61,319 nt of DNA from Armatimonadia bacterium (GCA_039683575.1 JBDKRC010000149.1:1-61319); one strand, 5' to 3'. Positions 8,640 through 17,486 are shown, counted from the first letter of the stretch. Notes: generated from the letters alone by a model not told the origin. Numbers and translations: made by a program.

Positions 8640-9323
8640 TTACTCGACATCCCCAAGTCGCAGCGGCTCTTGTGGCATCCAATCGGGATGAGACCTGATC
8701 ACCCAATCTGCTTCATACTGCTTAAAGCGACGAAAGACGGCGATCCCAGGACGAGCGCGTACAGTCTCGCCCCAAATGGTGAAGCTGTAATCACCGGGAG
8801 CGAGTTCCACAGTTAAAGTCTCGAAGGGGGGTATGGATACGGTTCGAGAGACAGGGCCAACGAACGCGACCGTCACGGTCTCAGGTGAGGAGTTGGTCAT
8901 AACGATCTTGGGTTGTTCCTGGGCAATAGGGGTCTCGACAAAAGGCGACTTCTCGGGCAGTGGCGCGACGGGCATAGGCGGAGGCGTTTGTGAGACCAGC
9001 GGAGGACCCTCTGGAAGTGGCGGGACCGCCCAACGAACTGGGGCGTCTGGCGACTTTTGGGCGAGAGGGGCAGATGGCTCCATGCCCTCCGGTTGCGATG
9101 CAGACTGTGGGGGTAAAGAGACAATAAGACTCTTGGTGATTTGGTCAACCTGATCTGGCTTCGGTGCCTGCGGTGGCTGCCTGAACCCCACAAGCGGCGC
9201 GATTGGTCGCCGCACACCAGCAAGATGGCAGTACGTGAACCCCAAAGCATTGGCGGAAACCACCAGTACCAACAAGCCGATCACAGCACGACGATCATTC
9301 ACGCCATTTCCTAAAGGTGCCAT
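8640..9323 (-). CDS. Hypothetical membrane-anchored protein with Pro-rich linker and C-terminal beta-sandwich-like domain
   Basis: TM helix, Pro-rich stretch, then IVMTNSSPETVTV...TVELAPGDYSFTI. Start uncertain (9323 after GAGAGG, or 9356). Confidence 0.7.
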   Translation of the reverse strand: MAPLGNGVNDRRAVIGLLVLVVSANALGFTYCHLAGVRRPIAPLVGFRQPPQAPKPDQVDQITKSLIVSLPPQSASQPEGMEPSAPLAQKSPDAPVRWAVPPLPEGPPLVSQTPPPMPVAPLPEKSPFVETPIAQEQPKIVMTNSSPETVTVAFVGPVSRTVSIPPFETLTVELAPGDYSFTIWGETVRARPGIAVFRRFKQYEADWVIRSHPDWMPQEPLRLGDVE

Positions 9324-9460
9324 ACTGAAACCTCTCGCCTGGCCCTTGGTTGGCATAGTGCTTCCACGCAGTCTCCCTTTTTCAGGCACGAAACACCGGA
9401 CCACGTTCAGTGCCAAGTCTCAGCGGCTCATCCGGGCATCCAACTCGGACGAGACGTGAT

Positions 9461-10789
9461 TCAGGGCTGACTCAACACCCTACGGGCATTGTTCGTGTGA
9501 GCTGAAGCAGACGTCCAGGCCGCTTGCACTATCTCAATAATCAGCAGTTCATAGCTGTACCCGGCGTTGTTAAACGGATTGGGCATAGCGCGAGCCTTAC
9601 TCTTTAGCCAAGGATAGCGGCCAACGGCGCGAGACACCTCCGTAGCATCCCATGAAATCGAGTATTGGACATGGTCAGAGGACCTGAATTCCCACGACCA
9701 CGCCTCCTGTGCAAACACGTAATCATCAAGTGCAGCGCTTGCTTCAGACCAGAAGGTTGTGCCTCCGAATTGGGTTGCATTGGCTGATCGGTCGAATTTC
9801 TGCTTCGCCGGGATAACGTAATCGGCGTATTTGGCATAGCTAATGCCAACATCACACGCTGCGGAAATGTCGTTCAGCGCGTTAAGGGCCTCCTCGCGCT
9901 GGTAGGTATCCTGAACCATTCGGGTACTGGTAGCGGTGCGGCTGGGTTCACTGCTTGCCGAGGATGGACCGTTGGCACTACTCGAACGGGCAGACTGCGG
10001 AGGTGCGGTGGCCTGTTGCGCATCCCGCGCGGGGTTTCCTGATTTAGCTCTTCTTCGGGCGGGAGGTGGTGCCTGCCCTGGTGTTTGCTGTGGCGCAGAA
10101 GACGCTTCTTCGCGAGCGTTGGGCGTCGCGTGGGGACGATGTCCCCGACGTCCGACCATGAGCCCGAACGTCGCGCCGAAGACCAGAACCAATGCCAGCG
10201 CTGCCCCAAGTGCCCACATAGGAATGCCGAGAAAGCCTGATCCATGCCTGATCTCTGTGTTGGGGGTGAAGTGTTCTCTTAGGCAGGTTCCGCACAATCC
10301 CTCGTTCTCGTCGGAAACTACTATAGGTATCTTGCGACGACACTGGCGACAGTAGACTGGAGTGTCGGATTCCGGCGCAGGCTCTGCCGCAGGGAACTGC
10401 TGCACAGCAGGGACTTGCTCCGCTTCCGGGCCGGTCTCCTTTTGCAGTTTGGCAATTTCGACTTGCGCTCTTGTGTAAGTTGGATCAAGCCGCAGTGCAC
10501 GTCGCTGCGCTTCCCCCGCCTCCTTCGGCGACCCCATCTTGCGAAGAATCGTTCCAAGGTTACACCATGCCAAAGCAGATTGGGGTCGCAGACGAGTAAC
10601 CTGCGTGGCGGCCATCCGTGCTGGCAGCCAGTGGCGAAGGTCAAAATGAACTTTCGCAAGCAGTTCCCACGCTGCCGCATCCTCGGGATGGTCATTCGTC
10701 CAAGCGACCATCTGCCGAATTGCTTCCGCTGGTTTCCCCGCGTCTACAAGAGCATTGGCTTCCTGAAGCACATTCTGGGTGTTTGACAC
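9461..10789 (-). CDS. TPR + Zn-ribbon (CRQC...CGTC) + single-TM protein with external helical domain
   Basis: N-terminal TPRs (AWCNLGTILRKMG), a CxxC pair, a TM helix and a low-complexity linker. GTG start follows GGGGAG. Confidence 0.8.
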   Translation of the reverse strand: MSNTQNVLQEANALVDAGKPAEAIRQMVAWTNDHPEDAAAWELLAKVHFDLRHWLPARMAATQVTRLRPQSALAWCNLGTILRKMGSPKEAGEAQRRALRLDPTYTRAQVEIAKLQKETGPEAEQVPAVQQFPAAEPAPESDTPVYCRQCRRKIPIVVSDENEGLCGTCLREHFTPNTEIRHGSGFLGIPMWALGAALALVLVFGATFGLMVGRRGHRPHATPNAREEASSAPQQTPGQAPPPARRRAKSGNPARDAQQATAPPQSARSSSANGPSSASSEPSRTATSTRMVQDTYQREEALNALNDISAACDVGISYAKYADYVIPAKQKFDRSANATQFGGTTFWSEASAALDDYVFAQEAWSWEFRSSDHVQYSISWDATEVSRAVGRYPWLKSKARAMPNPFNNAGYSYELLIIEIVQAAWTSASAHTNNARRVLSQP

Positions 10790-10880
10790 GATCCATCACT
10801 CCCCCTGTCCTGCGGATTCGATAGTAGGCGGATATATCCGTCTCGCCTTTGTCGGGAACTGAGGTTCTGCTTCGCGGCCT

Positions 10881-11426
10881 TCAATATCCAGGATAGCCCG
10901 CCTTGTCCATCAGCGTTCCGAAGGCTTCCACGCAAGACTGCGCCAACTTTGGAAAAGTGGTTCGGGCCTCGTCAACGTTGCCGCCGCTGAAACGGATTTG
11001 ACCTGTCGTCTGCGTAGCGCCGGCCTGCAGGTTGTATGCCCAGCAGTTAGTCATCTCCCGCGTTGCCATCCATACATAGAACGTAGGCATTCCTACCATA
11101 AGGGAGTTTTTAGTGGTTGCTGGGGCACAGAACAGCTTCCATGCCTGCAGTTCGATGCCATACCAAGCCTGGGTCTGAGTAGCGATAGCAGTATAACCTT
11201 CCGCTGTGCCTGCTTTGCCTTCACCGATGATGGTCTGCATAATGGGAATTCCAGCCTCGAATTGTGGCTTCACATATTCACTGACGAAGCTGTCTAGCGG
11301 TGCCCTAATGCTGGCCGCTTCGCGCTCAGCCTTGGCCTCAAAACCTGGGGTGGGGACGTAGACCTGAGCAAACAAGCAGTGCTGTACGGCACAGAGCACA
11401 TATGCCAGCAGTAGAGTCCTTTTCAT
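10881..11426 (-). CDS. Hypothetical secreted protein
   Basis: MKRTLLLAYVLCAVQHCLFA signal-like N-terminus after a GGGAGGA RBS; the track's longer start is unlikely. Confidence 0.7.
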   Translation of the reverse strand: MKRTLLLAYVLCAVQHCLFAQVYVPTPGFEAKAEREAASIRAPLDSFVSEYVKPQFEAGIPIMQTIIGEGKAGTAEGYTAIATQTQAWYGIELQAWKLFCAPATTKNSLMVGMPTFYVWMATREMTNCWAYNLQAGATQTTGQIRFSGGNVDEARTTFPKLAQSCVEAFGTLMDKAGYPGY

Positions 11427-11769
11427 AATCAATTCCTCCCGCTTCCGAGTGTTGCGCCTCATACACGGCAGACTCCCCCATCCAATAGAGACCGAGGCCG
11501 ACCTATGCCGGGAACATCTGGAAGGCAACGGGGGCGCTCTTCCCCCGATGATGGTTGTTTTTCGCCGTGTATCTCGGCATTCCCTCTTTTGCTCGCATTG
11601 GTTGCTGACAGAGAACCCAGAAACCTCTGAGTCGTCCCCGATGGTTCTTACACTTCTTTGCCTCTCCAAATGACACTCAACCCCCCGGTCCCCTTTCGTC
11701 ATGTCTCCCGAGACGGCGAATACGCCCACCGGGGCAGTTGACGGCAGGCCGCCCCCAACTAACGATAAA

Positions 11770-11814
11770 AGTGCTAAAGCACTGTTGACAAACACTGCCC
11801 GTATCTGCTATGAT
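11770..11814 (+). promoter_or_regulatory. Sigma70 promoter of the serine recombinase with an adjacent palindrome
   Basis: TTGACA (11785-11790), 18 bp spacer, extended -10 TGcTATGAT (TATGAT at 11809-11814). AGTGCT-AA-AGCACT at 11770-11783. Confidence 0.75.
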
Positions 11815-11847
11815 GGGAGACACTGAAATGAGAGGTTGGAGACCACT

Positions 11848-12669
11848 ATGAAGCGCGCTGCCGGGTATCTAAGGGTCAGTACCGCGACGCAGGCTGAGCA
11901 TGGCCTGGGCCTGGACATTCAGCGAGAGGCCATTACCGAATACTGCCAACAACAGGGCTTTGTACTGGTGGACTGCTACGAGGACGCGGGCGTTAGCGGC
12001 GCTAATGGTATTGAGGACCGGGAGGCATGGCCGCAACTGGTGGACGCCTTGGAGCAGAAGGCATTCTCCGTCGTCATTGTGCTGCGCCTGGACCGTCTGG
12101 CGCGTGATCTTATGCTGCAGGAGACGATGCTGGGGAACGTGCAGGAGCTAGGCGGGGAACTGATCTCGATAGACGAGCCTGACCTCTGCGACGGAGACCC
12201 TACCAGAACGATGTTCCGCCAGATCAAGGGGGCCATTTCTCAATACGAGAAGGTCATGATCGTTACGCGCCTGAAGGCAGGGCGGCGCAAGAAGGTCCGG
12301 CAGGGCGGCTATTCTGGGGGATGGTTGCCGTATGGCTACAGTGCTGAAGGCCAGGGGCCTGACGCGAAGCCGGTAGTGGACGGGGCTGCTGCCGCGATTG
12401 TGAGGCGGATATTTGCAGATTACGCGAAGGGCAATAAGAGCATGAAGCAGATCGCCCTGGAGCTAACTGCCGCCGAGGTACCGACTGCCCGAGGCGGACA
12501 GTGGGCGCAAGCGACCGTGCAGGCAATCTTGTCTAACCCCTTCTATACGGGACAGGTGGACGAAGAGGGCCGGGTTCCCAGAAAAGGATATGAGGCGGTT
12601 GTCACTAAGCGCCTCTTCAATAGATGTCAGCGGAGGATGGAAGAGGCGCGGCGGGGGCCATCCAAGTGA
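11848..12669 (+). CDS. Serine recombinase (resolvase catalytic domain + Recombinase DNA-binding domain; no Zn-ribbon/coiled-coil tail)
   Basis: Motifs GYLRVST, YEDAGVSG, RLDRLAR, GGWLPYGY, IVRRIF, GGQW..ATVQAILSNPFYTG. Confidence 0.93.
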   Translation: MKRAAGYLRVSTATQAEHGLGLDIQREAITEYCQQQGFVLVDCYEDAGVSGANGIEDREAWPQLVDALEQKAFSVVIVLRLDRLARDLMLQETMLGNVQELGGELISIDEPDLCDGDPTRTMFRQIKGAISQYEKVMIVTRLKAGRRKKVRQGGYSGGWLPYGYSAEGQGPDAKPVVDGAAAAIVRRIFADYAKGNKSMKQIALELTAAEVPTARGGQWAQATVQAILSNPFYTGQVDEEGRVPRKGYEAVVTKRLFNRCQRRMEEARRGPSK

Positions 12670-12999
12670 TTTTCATTCGGGAATCGAGCGCCGTTGGCGC
12701 GTCTCCGTCCGCGCAGGTTAGGATTTCACCAGTTATTCAGGGCTTTCGGCGCACGAGTGTTATCCTGAGAATGACGCACAATACTGTCGGACGCAGTCTG
12801 ACCCCATAGCTTTTCAGGCCCGGCATTACTATCAGTTGTAGTAGTATGGTCTCAGCTTACAGGTTACCGCCCCAATACGCGGGGGGCTTAGCTGGTAGGC
12901 CAAACTCCCTTTCCTGCTCATCCTGACGCACTAGGAAGCACATCTATTGATCTTCCAGGACTGAGGCGAGCGTCACCTTTACAAAGTGCACAAGTTGCC

Positions 13000-14076
13000 T
13001 CAGTTGGCTTTCTGTAGTGTGGATGGACGCGAAGAGCGTCGAATTCCTCCAGCACTGTCTTCAGACACAGTACGCAGGTGTCTGCACATGGTAAACTGGT
13101 TAATATTCTTGTGTGCAGACTGTAACGCCTCTACGGCTGAGGCAATTCTCGCCAAGGGATAGCTTTCTGCCAGTTTTATCGCGACCGGCGTCTTGATCCC
13201 GAAGGCAAATAGCAGACGGAACGCTTCTTCCTCCTCAGGGGTCAGCCCCTCGACGGTAGTTTTCGTTCGCTCGCGGCCCGTTGCCGTCTGCCGTATGTAC
13301 TCGACAGTAAAAGCAGAAGGACCCCACTGATCGGGGGACCCTTCGGTACTGGCTATCTTCGTCTCGTGGCCGTTCGTCGTCTGTCGTGAGGAAGCAGAAA
13401 GAGAAGAATCAGAAGAACAATTTTGCAGGCGAGACTGCTCTCTATCTTCTTTCTTTATCTCTTTCTCATCTAACGTCTCTCTCGGCTGCCAACCGGGTGG
13501 ACTGAGGCGACTTCTGGGCAGCATGCCTTGATGCGCTCCGACTGCCGCACGGCACTGAGATTCAGGGGGTCTTGCGGCGTCACTGCCTAACCCAGCGGGA
13601 GAGCCACAGGCAACCATAGAGATATTGCCGGGTTGCTCAGTCTGATACTCCTGTTGCTCGCTCTTTGCCTCAGGTTGCCCATTAGAGGCCTGCGGTTGCT
13701 CAGACTGGCGTTGGTATCTTGTGCCATCATTCCACTTACGGAAACCGACGACGCGGTAGTAGATGCTGCCACGAATTTCGACTCGTTCAATGAACCCTGT
13801 GCTGGTAAGGGATTTGAAGGCCTTGCAGATAGTGGTCTTGCTCCAGCCCGTTATTTCTCCTATCTGCTTCTGTGTCATAGGTCCCTGCCCCGCGTTACGG
13901 AGACAGCCTAGATAGCGCTCGCTTGTGGGGCGTTCGTCTCTCCAGGCGAGCAGTAGGCAGTTATCTAGGAGAACCCGGTCACGAAGGGAGAGCGCTTTCA
14001 CTGCCGGGTCAAACAGCATTGGTACTGGCATTCTGAAGTAGGGTGTGCGTTTTGGCTCGTTCGTACTATGGTCCAT
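13000..14076 (-). CDS. Phage/plasmid-type wHTH replication initiator-like protein
   Basis: HTH (MTQKQIGEITGWSKTTICKAFKSLTSTGFIE), central heptad repeats and a KEIKKE tract, an architecture typical of lambda O/DnaD-like initiators. Confidence 0.65.
   Translation of the reverse strand: MDHSTNEPKRTPYFRMPVPMLFDPAVKALSLRDRVLLDNCLLLAWRDERPTSERYLGCLRNAGQGPMTQKQIGEITGWSKTTICKAFKSLTSTGFIERVEIRGSIYYRVVGFRKWNDGTRYQRQSEQPQASNGQPEAKSEQQEYQTEQPGNISMVACGSPAGLGSDAARPPESQCRAAVGAHQGMLPRSRLSPPGWQPRETLDEKEIKKEDREQSRLQNCSSDSSLSASSRQTTNGHETKIASTEGSPDQWGPSAFTVEYIRQTATGRERTKTTVEGLTPEEEEAFRLLFAFGIKTPVAIKLAESYPLARIASAVEALQSAHKNINQFTMCRHLRTVSEDSAGGIRRSSRPSTLQKAN
13631..13707. repeat. Four iteron-like repeats at exact 21-bp spacing inside the rep-like gene
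   Basis: GTTGCY starts at 13632, 13653, 13674 and 13695; the outer copies are GGTTGCTCAGTCTG and GGTTGCTCAGACTG. Confidence 0.65.
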
Positions 14077-14365
14077 ATTCGTTCATCTCTTTTTGCGAGT
14101 CATCCAAAGTGATCCCCTCCGATGAGGGGTGGTCTAGCAGTGCGACGGAGACTGAAGTGTTCAGAGGTACCTTGGTGGGGCGCGGCTGAGGGAATGAAGG
14201 GGAGTTCTCTTGAGGCATCTGCGGGACGCGATTCTCCTGAGCGGAGACTCTTGATAGCTCCAAGTGCGCGGCATAGGTGGGGAAGCGGGAGACGATGGTG
14301 GTCGAGGAGAGGCTTCGCCGTGCGGCGAAAGCGCGGCAGGAAAGTACGCGGCAACAGAGACCCAC

Positions 14366-14394
14366 TTGCGCTCGCCTGCGGCCTGCAGTAGTAT
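14366..14394 (+). promoter_or_regulatory. Candidate antisense sigma70 promoter
   Basis: TTGCGC-N17-TAGTAT, followed by the perfect 14-bp palindrome TGTTGTGCACAACA (14396-14409). Confidence 0.5.
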
Positions 14395-14400
14395 GTGTTG

Positions 14401-14467
14401 TGCACAACAACTGTTCTTCAGTTGTAGGCCCCCGGTCTGTTGCCGCAGGTCGGGGGTCGTTCTTTCT
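14401..14467 (+). ncRNA. Candidate ~65-nt countertranscript (antisense RNA) to the rep leader
   Basis: Promoter upstream, a 7-bp hairpin (14407-14425), a 13-bp hairpin with 3 G-U pairs (14427-14458), then GTTCTTTCT. Confidence 0.45.
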
Positions 14468-14547
14468 GGGGGCGGATCAGTCAATATTCGGCCTCCCGAA
14501 ATCGCCGTCAGCTAGATGCCTGGTCCAGAGAATGGCATAGTGGACTA

Positions 14548-14964
14548 TCACTGCCAGTCACCATCCGGGAAGCTTGGCATATGGCCGAATAGCCCTTTCT
14601 CACGTTCATGCCATTCGCCGCGTTCAGTGAGACCGGCATCCACTATTCGTTCGACATCGTACAGCATCAGCGCCATCCCGGTGTTCAGGTGTCGCTGAAA
14701 GGCAACCTCGGGAGGTTCCAGGCCATCGTGCAGATCGTTCACAATGCGCCGGATGTCTGACGGCCATAGCTCCTTGTGCTCGTAGTCGTCGCTGCCCCAA
14801 CTTTCCTCCCAGTAGTTCCCCTCAATGTGCCGTTTCCATCCCTCGCCATCGTGTTCATCGCAGCATGGCTCCCACCGCCGACCGGCAACTTCAATGTTGC
14901 AGTCTTCGTCAATGATCGTCACGCCTCTATACTCGTACGGCAACTCAATTCTCTTCCTGAACAT
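14548..14964 (-). CDS. Hypothetical acidic, Trp-rich protein
   Basis: ATG at 14964 after a strong GGGAGGTG RBS; co-oriented with the integrases and rep. Confidence 0.65.
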   Translation of the reverse strand: MFRKRIELPYEYRGVTIIDEDCNIEVAGRRWEPCCDEHDGEGWKRHIEGNYWEESWGSDDYEHKELWPSDIRRIVNDLHDGLEPPEVAFQRHLNTGMALMLYDVERIVDAGLTERGEWHEREKGLFGHMPSFPDGDWQ

Positions 14965-15085
14965 CGCCAACACCTCCCTATTGTGTCGCCAGTGCGGTTG
15001 GTGCCAATCATGACGCACCGCAAGGCTTCAGACCTACGTATAGTCTCCATATCGAGCGGCGCGAAGTCAATGGCCCTGGCACACT

Positions 15086-16126
15086 CTAGCTGCACTTCCA
15101 TTCTGGAATCATCTTCATACGCCGCTGCCTGCTCAGCGGTAGGTCCATCGTGTGAAGAGGGCTGAGTTCCCTTTGGCGACTTATGGCATCCTCGTCGGCG
15201 ACCTCGCAGTATCGGCGCGTCATTTCGAGGGAGCTATGACCGAGAATGCGCTGGAGGTAGAAGGCGTCGCCGCCACTACGGATGAAGTTCACGGCATGTG
15301 TGTGTCGTAGGGTGTGCGGTGATACTCGGACGCCGCTTATTCCCGCCTTATCGCCGTACGCTCGCATCCTCACCTGAAACGCTTTCGGCGTCAGCTTCCC
15401 GCCGATGTCATTGGGGAACAGCCAGGGCGAGCCTCCCATGCCAATCCCCTCCAGTGCCTTCGCTCGATTCTGACGATATGCTTCAAGCTCATTCAGCATC
15501 CGACTGGATATGCCAACAACGCGCTCTTTGTTGCCCTTCCCCAGTGCCTTGACCGTCGCCTGTCCGAGGTCGAGGTCGGGTAGCTGCAGACTGAGTGTCT
15601 CAGACAGTCGCAGACCTGTATCGAGAAGCAGCATCATGAAGCAGAAGTCGCGGAGACCAACAAAGAGGTGAATTGGCGGCTGATCGAGGAGAGCCTTGAT
15701 CTGCGTCGAGGTGAGGGTGGCAATGATCTTGCGGCCCTCGCGAGCTTTCGCCACATGCTCCCACGGGTTCGCGGTTGCGTAGTCGTGCTCCAAGAGCCAC
15801 CGCCAGAAGAGGTGCAGGCCGTCGCGGTAGTCATTCTGGCGCTTCGCGCCAAGTGGCCCACGACCACTTGCGCCGTGTAGGCTGATGTCGGCTATGAAAC
15901 CTCGGGCGAGCACTTCGTCAACGCGTGAAGGCAAACACTTGCTGCCATCGTCACCCAGAAAGCGGACAAACGGCGACAGGATACTTCTATACCAGTTGAT
16001 CGTATACGGGCTGTACTGACGTATTGAAAGGTCCTGCAGGAAATCGTCAGAGGCTTCAGTCCATCCCGGCCATCCCGCAGAATTGGCGGTGACGAGTCTT
16101 AGGCGAGTGCTGGGGCTGTTGTGCAT
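15086..16126 (-). CDS. Tyrosine recombinase/integrase, paralog B (XerC/D-like size)
   Basis: LDTGLRLSE, GKGNKER, HTLRH, LGHSSLEMTRRY: complete R-K-HxxR-H-Y catalytic set. Confidence 0.95.
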   Translation of the reverse strand: MHNSPSTRLRLVTANSAGWPGWTEASDDFLQDLSIRQYSPYTINWYRSILSPFVRFLGDDGSKCLPSRVDEVLARGFIADISLHGASGRGPLGAKRQNDYRDGLHLFWRWLLEHDYATANPWEHVAKAREGRKIIATLTSTQIKALLDQPPIHLFVGLRDFCFMMLLLDTGLRLSETLSLQLPDLDLGQATVKALGKGNKERVVGISSRMLNELEAYRQNRAKALEGIGMGGSPWLFPNDIGGKLTPKAFQVRMRAYGDKAGISGVRVSPHTLRHTHAVNFIRSGGDAFYLQRILGHSSLEMTRRYCEVADEDAISRQRELSPLHTMDLPLSRQRRMKMIPEWKCS

Positions 16127-16417
16127 GGTCGTCCGCACCCCTTTTCGAGGGGGAAGCTTCGCAGGTGGATGACGTATTCAACAGGCACGGAGCGCTGAAA
16201 GTAGCGCTGGCAGACCTGGAGGCGAGAAGCGTCAGGCAAATTACCAGCACCACAAGCAGACCCCAGAGGGGGCGTCTCCAAGCCCAAATTGAATGTTCGA
16301 TCATAACACTTGTCCACGAGACTTCAGTTTTCTGTGACAGTACCATTAGGTTTACTATAGTGAAGCGGACGACAAGACATACACATATCGCACTATTAGG
16401 TAGCAAGGCTGCAAACC

Positions 16418-16446
16418 AGCGTATTGCTCGTGCCACGGGAAGTCAA
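16418..16446 (-). promoter_or_regulatory. Candidate sigma70 promoter for paralog B and downstream genes
   Basis: Minus strand TTGACT-N17-TACGCT in the AT-rich spacer between the two recombinases. Confidence 0.4.
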
Positions 16447-16484
16447 TAGCGTAGGGATGATTCCGGCCCGACCACAAAGTTTTG

Positions 16485-17453
16485 TCAACGGAGCCGCCCG
16501 CCGTCCGTCAAGTTGACGCTTCCTGCCGCCAGAGGACTGAGTTCCCTTTGCTTTGTCAGGAAGTCCACGTCTGCGAGTTCGCAGTACCGACGTGACATAT
16601 CGAGGCTCGTGTGTCCGAGAATCTTCTGCAGGTGGAAAGGGGACCCGCCGTTGCGAACGAAGTACAGGGCGAAGGTATGCCTGAAGGTATGGGGACTGAC
16701 ACGGACGCGCCTGATCTGCGCCTGTTGTGCGTACAGTTTCAGCCGCATCTGCAGAGCCTTGGCGGTACACTTGCCTGCCACATTGCTGGGAAAGAGCCAC
16801 TGGCAGTTGCCGTAGCCGTTCTGCCCGAGTACCTGTCGCCGAGATTGAAGGTATTTACGCAGATGTCTTTCCAGGACAGGTGAGAAGCCCGCGACGCGCT
16901 CCCGGTTGCCTTTGCCCATGACCCGCAGGGTTCCGCGAGTCAGGTCAAGGTCATCCAGAGTCAGCGAAAGTGCCTCGCTGAGACGGACTCCCGTGTCCAA
17001 GAGCAGCAGCATGAACAAATGGTCCCTCTGCCCGAGGAGTGTTCGGCGATCCGGCTTAGACAATAGGGCCTGCAGTTCTTCTTCAGTGAAGGTGGGAACA
17101 AGCTTCCGGGGCTCCCGTATCTTGCCAATTCCTGCGGTGGGGTTCGCGGTAAGGTCGCCAGTGCGCACCAGCCACTGGCAGAAGCGGTCAATGGCTTCGC
17201 GGTAGTGGTTCAGCCTGCGCGCCCCAACGCCGTCACGAGACGCGAGGAACTGACGAATGGTAGCTTCCTTCAGGTCATCTGCTGAATGGCAGTCTCGCTC
17301 ATTCAGCCATTGCAGAAAGGGTCCCAAAGCGTAGCGGTACCATTCGACGGTCTTGGGGCTGAGGCCCCGCAGTTGGGCATCGGCGAGAAAGTCATCAAGG
17401 GCGGGGGAGAGACTGGCGGAGGGGGTGATTTCGCATCGCAACAGGTGGGACAT
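16485..17453 (-). CDS. Tyrosine recombinase/integrase, paralog A (tRNA-proximal)
   Basis: LDTGVRLSE, GKGNRER, HTFRH, LGHTSLDMSRRY; ATG at 17453 after GGGAGG. Confidence 0.95.
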   Translation of the reverse strand: MSHLLRCEITPSASLSPALDDFLADAQLRGLSPKTVEWYRYALGPFLQWLNERDCHSADDLKEATIRQFLASRDGVGARRLNHYREAIDRFCQWLVRTGDLTANPTAGIGKIREPRKLVPTFTEEELQALLSKPDRRTLLGQRDHLFMLLLLDTGVRLSEALSLTLDDLDLTRGTLRVMGKGNRERVAGFSPVLERHLRKYLQSRRQVLGQNGYGNCQWLFPSNVAGKCTAKALQMRLKLYAQQAQIRRVRVSPHTFRHTFALYFVRNGGSPFHLQKILGHTSLDMSRRYCELADVDFLTKQRELSPLAAGSVNLTDGGRLR

Positions 17454-17486
17454 AATCGGTGCCTCCCGAATCACCAAAACCCGACG

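Noticed and set aside
3721-16161. 12-bp match GGGGAAGCTTCG at 3721 and 16150
   Set aside because: The flanks do not align; compatible with chance in 61 kb.
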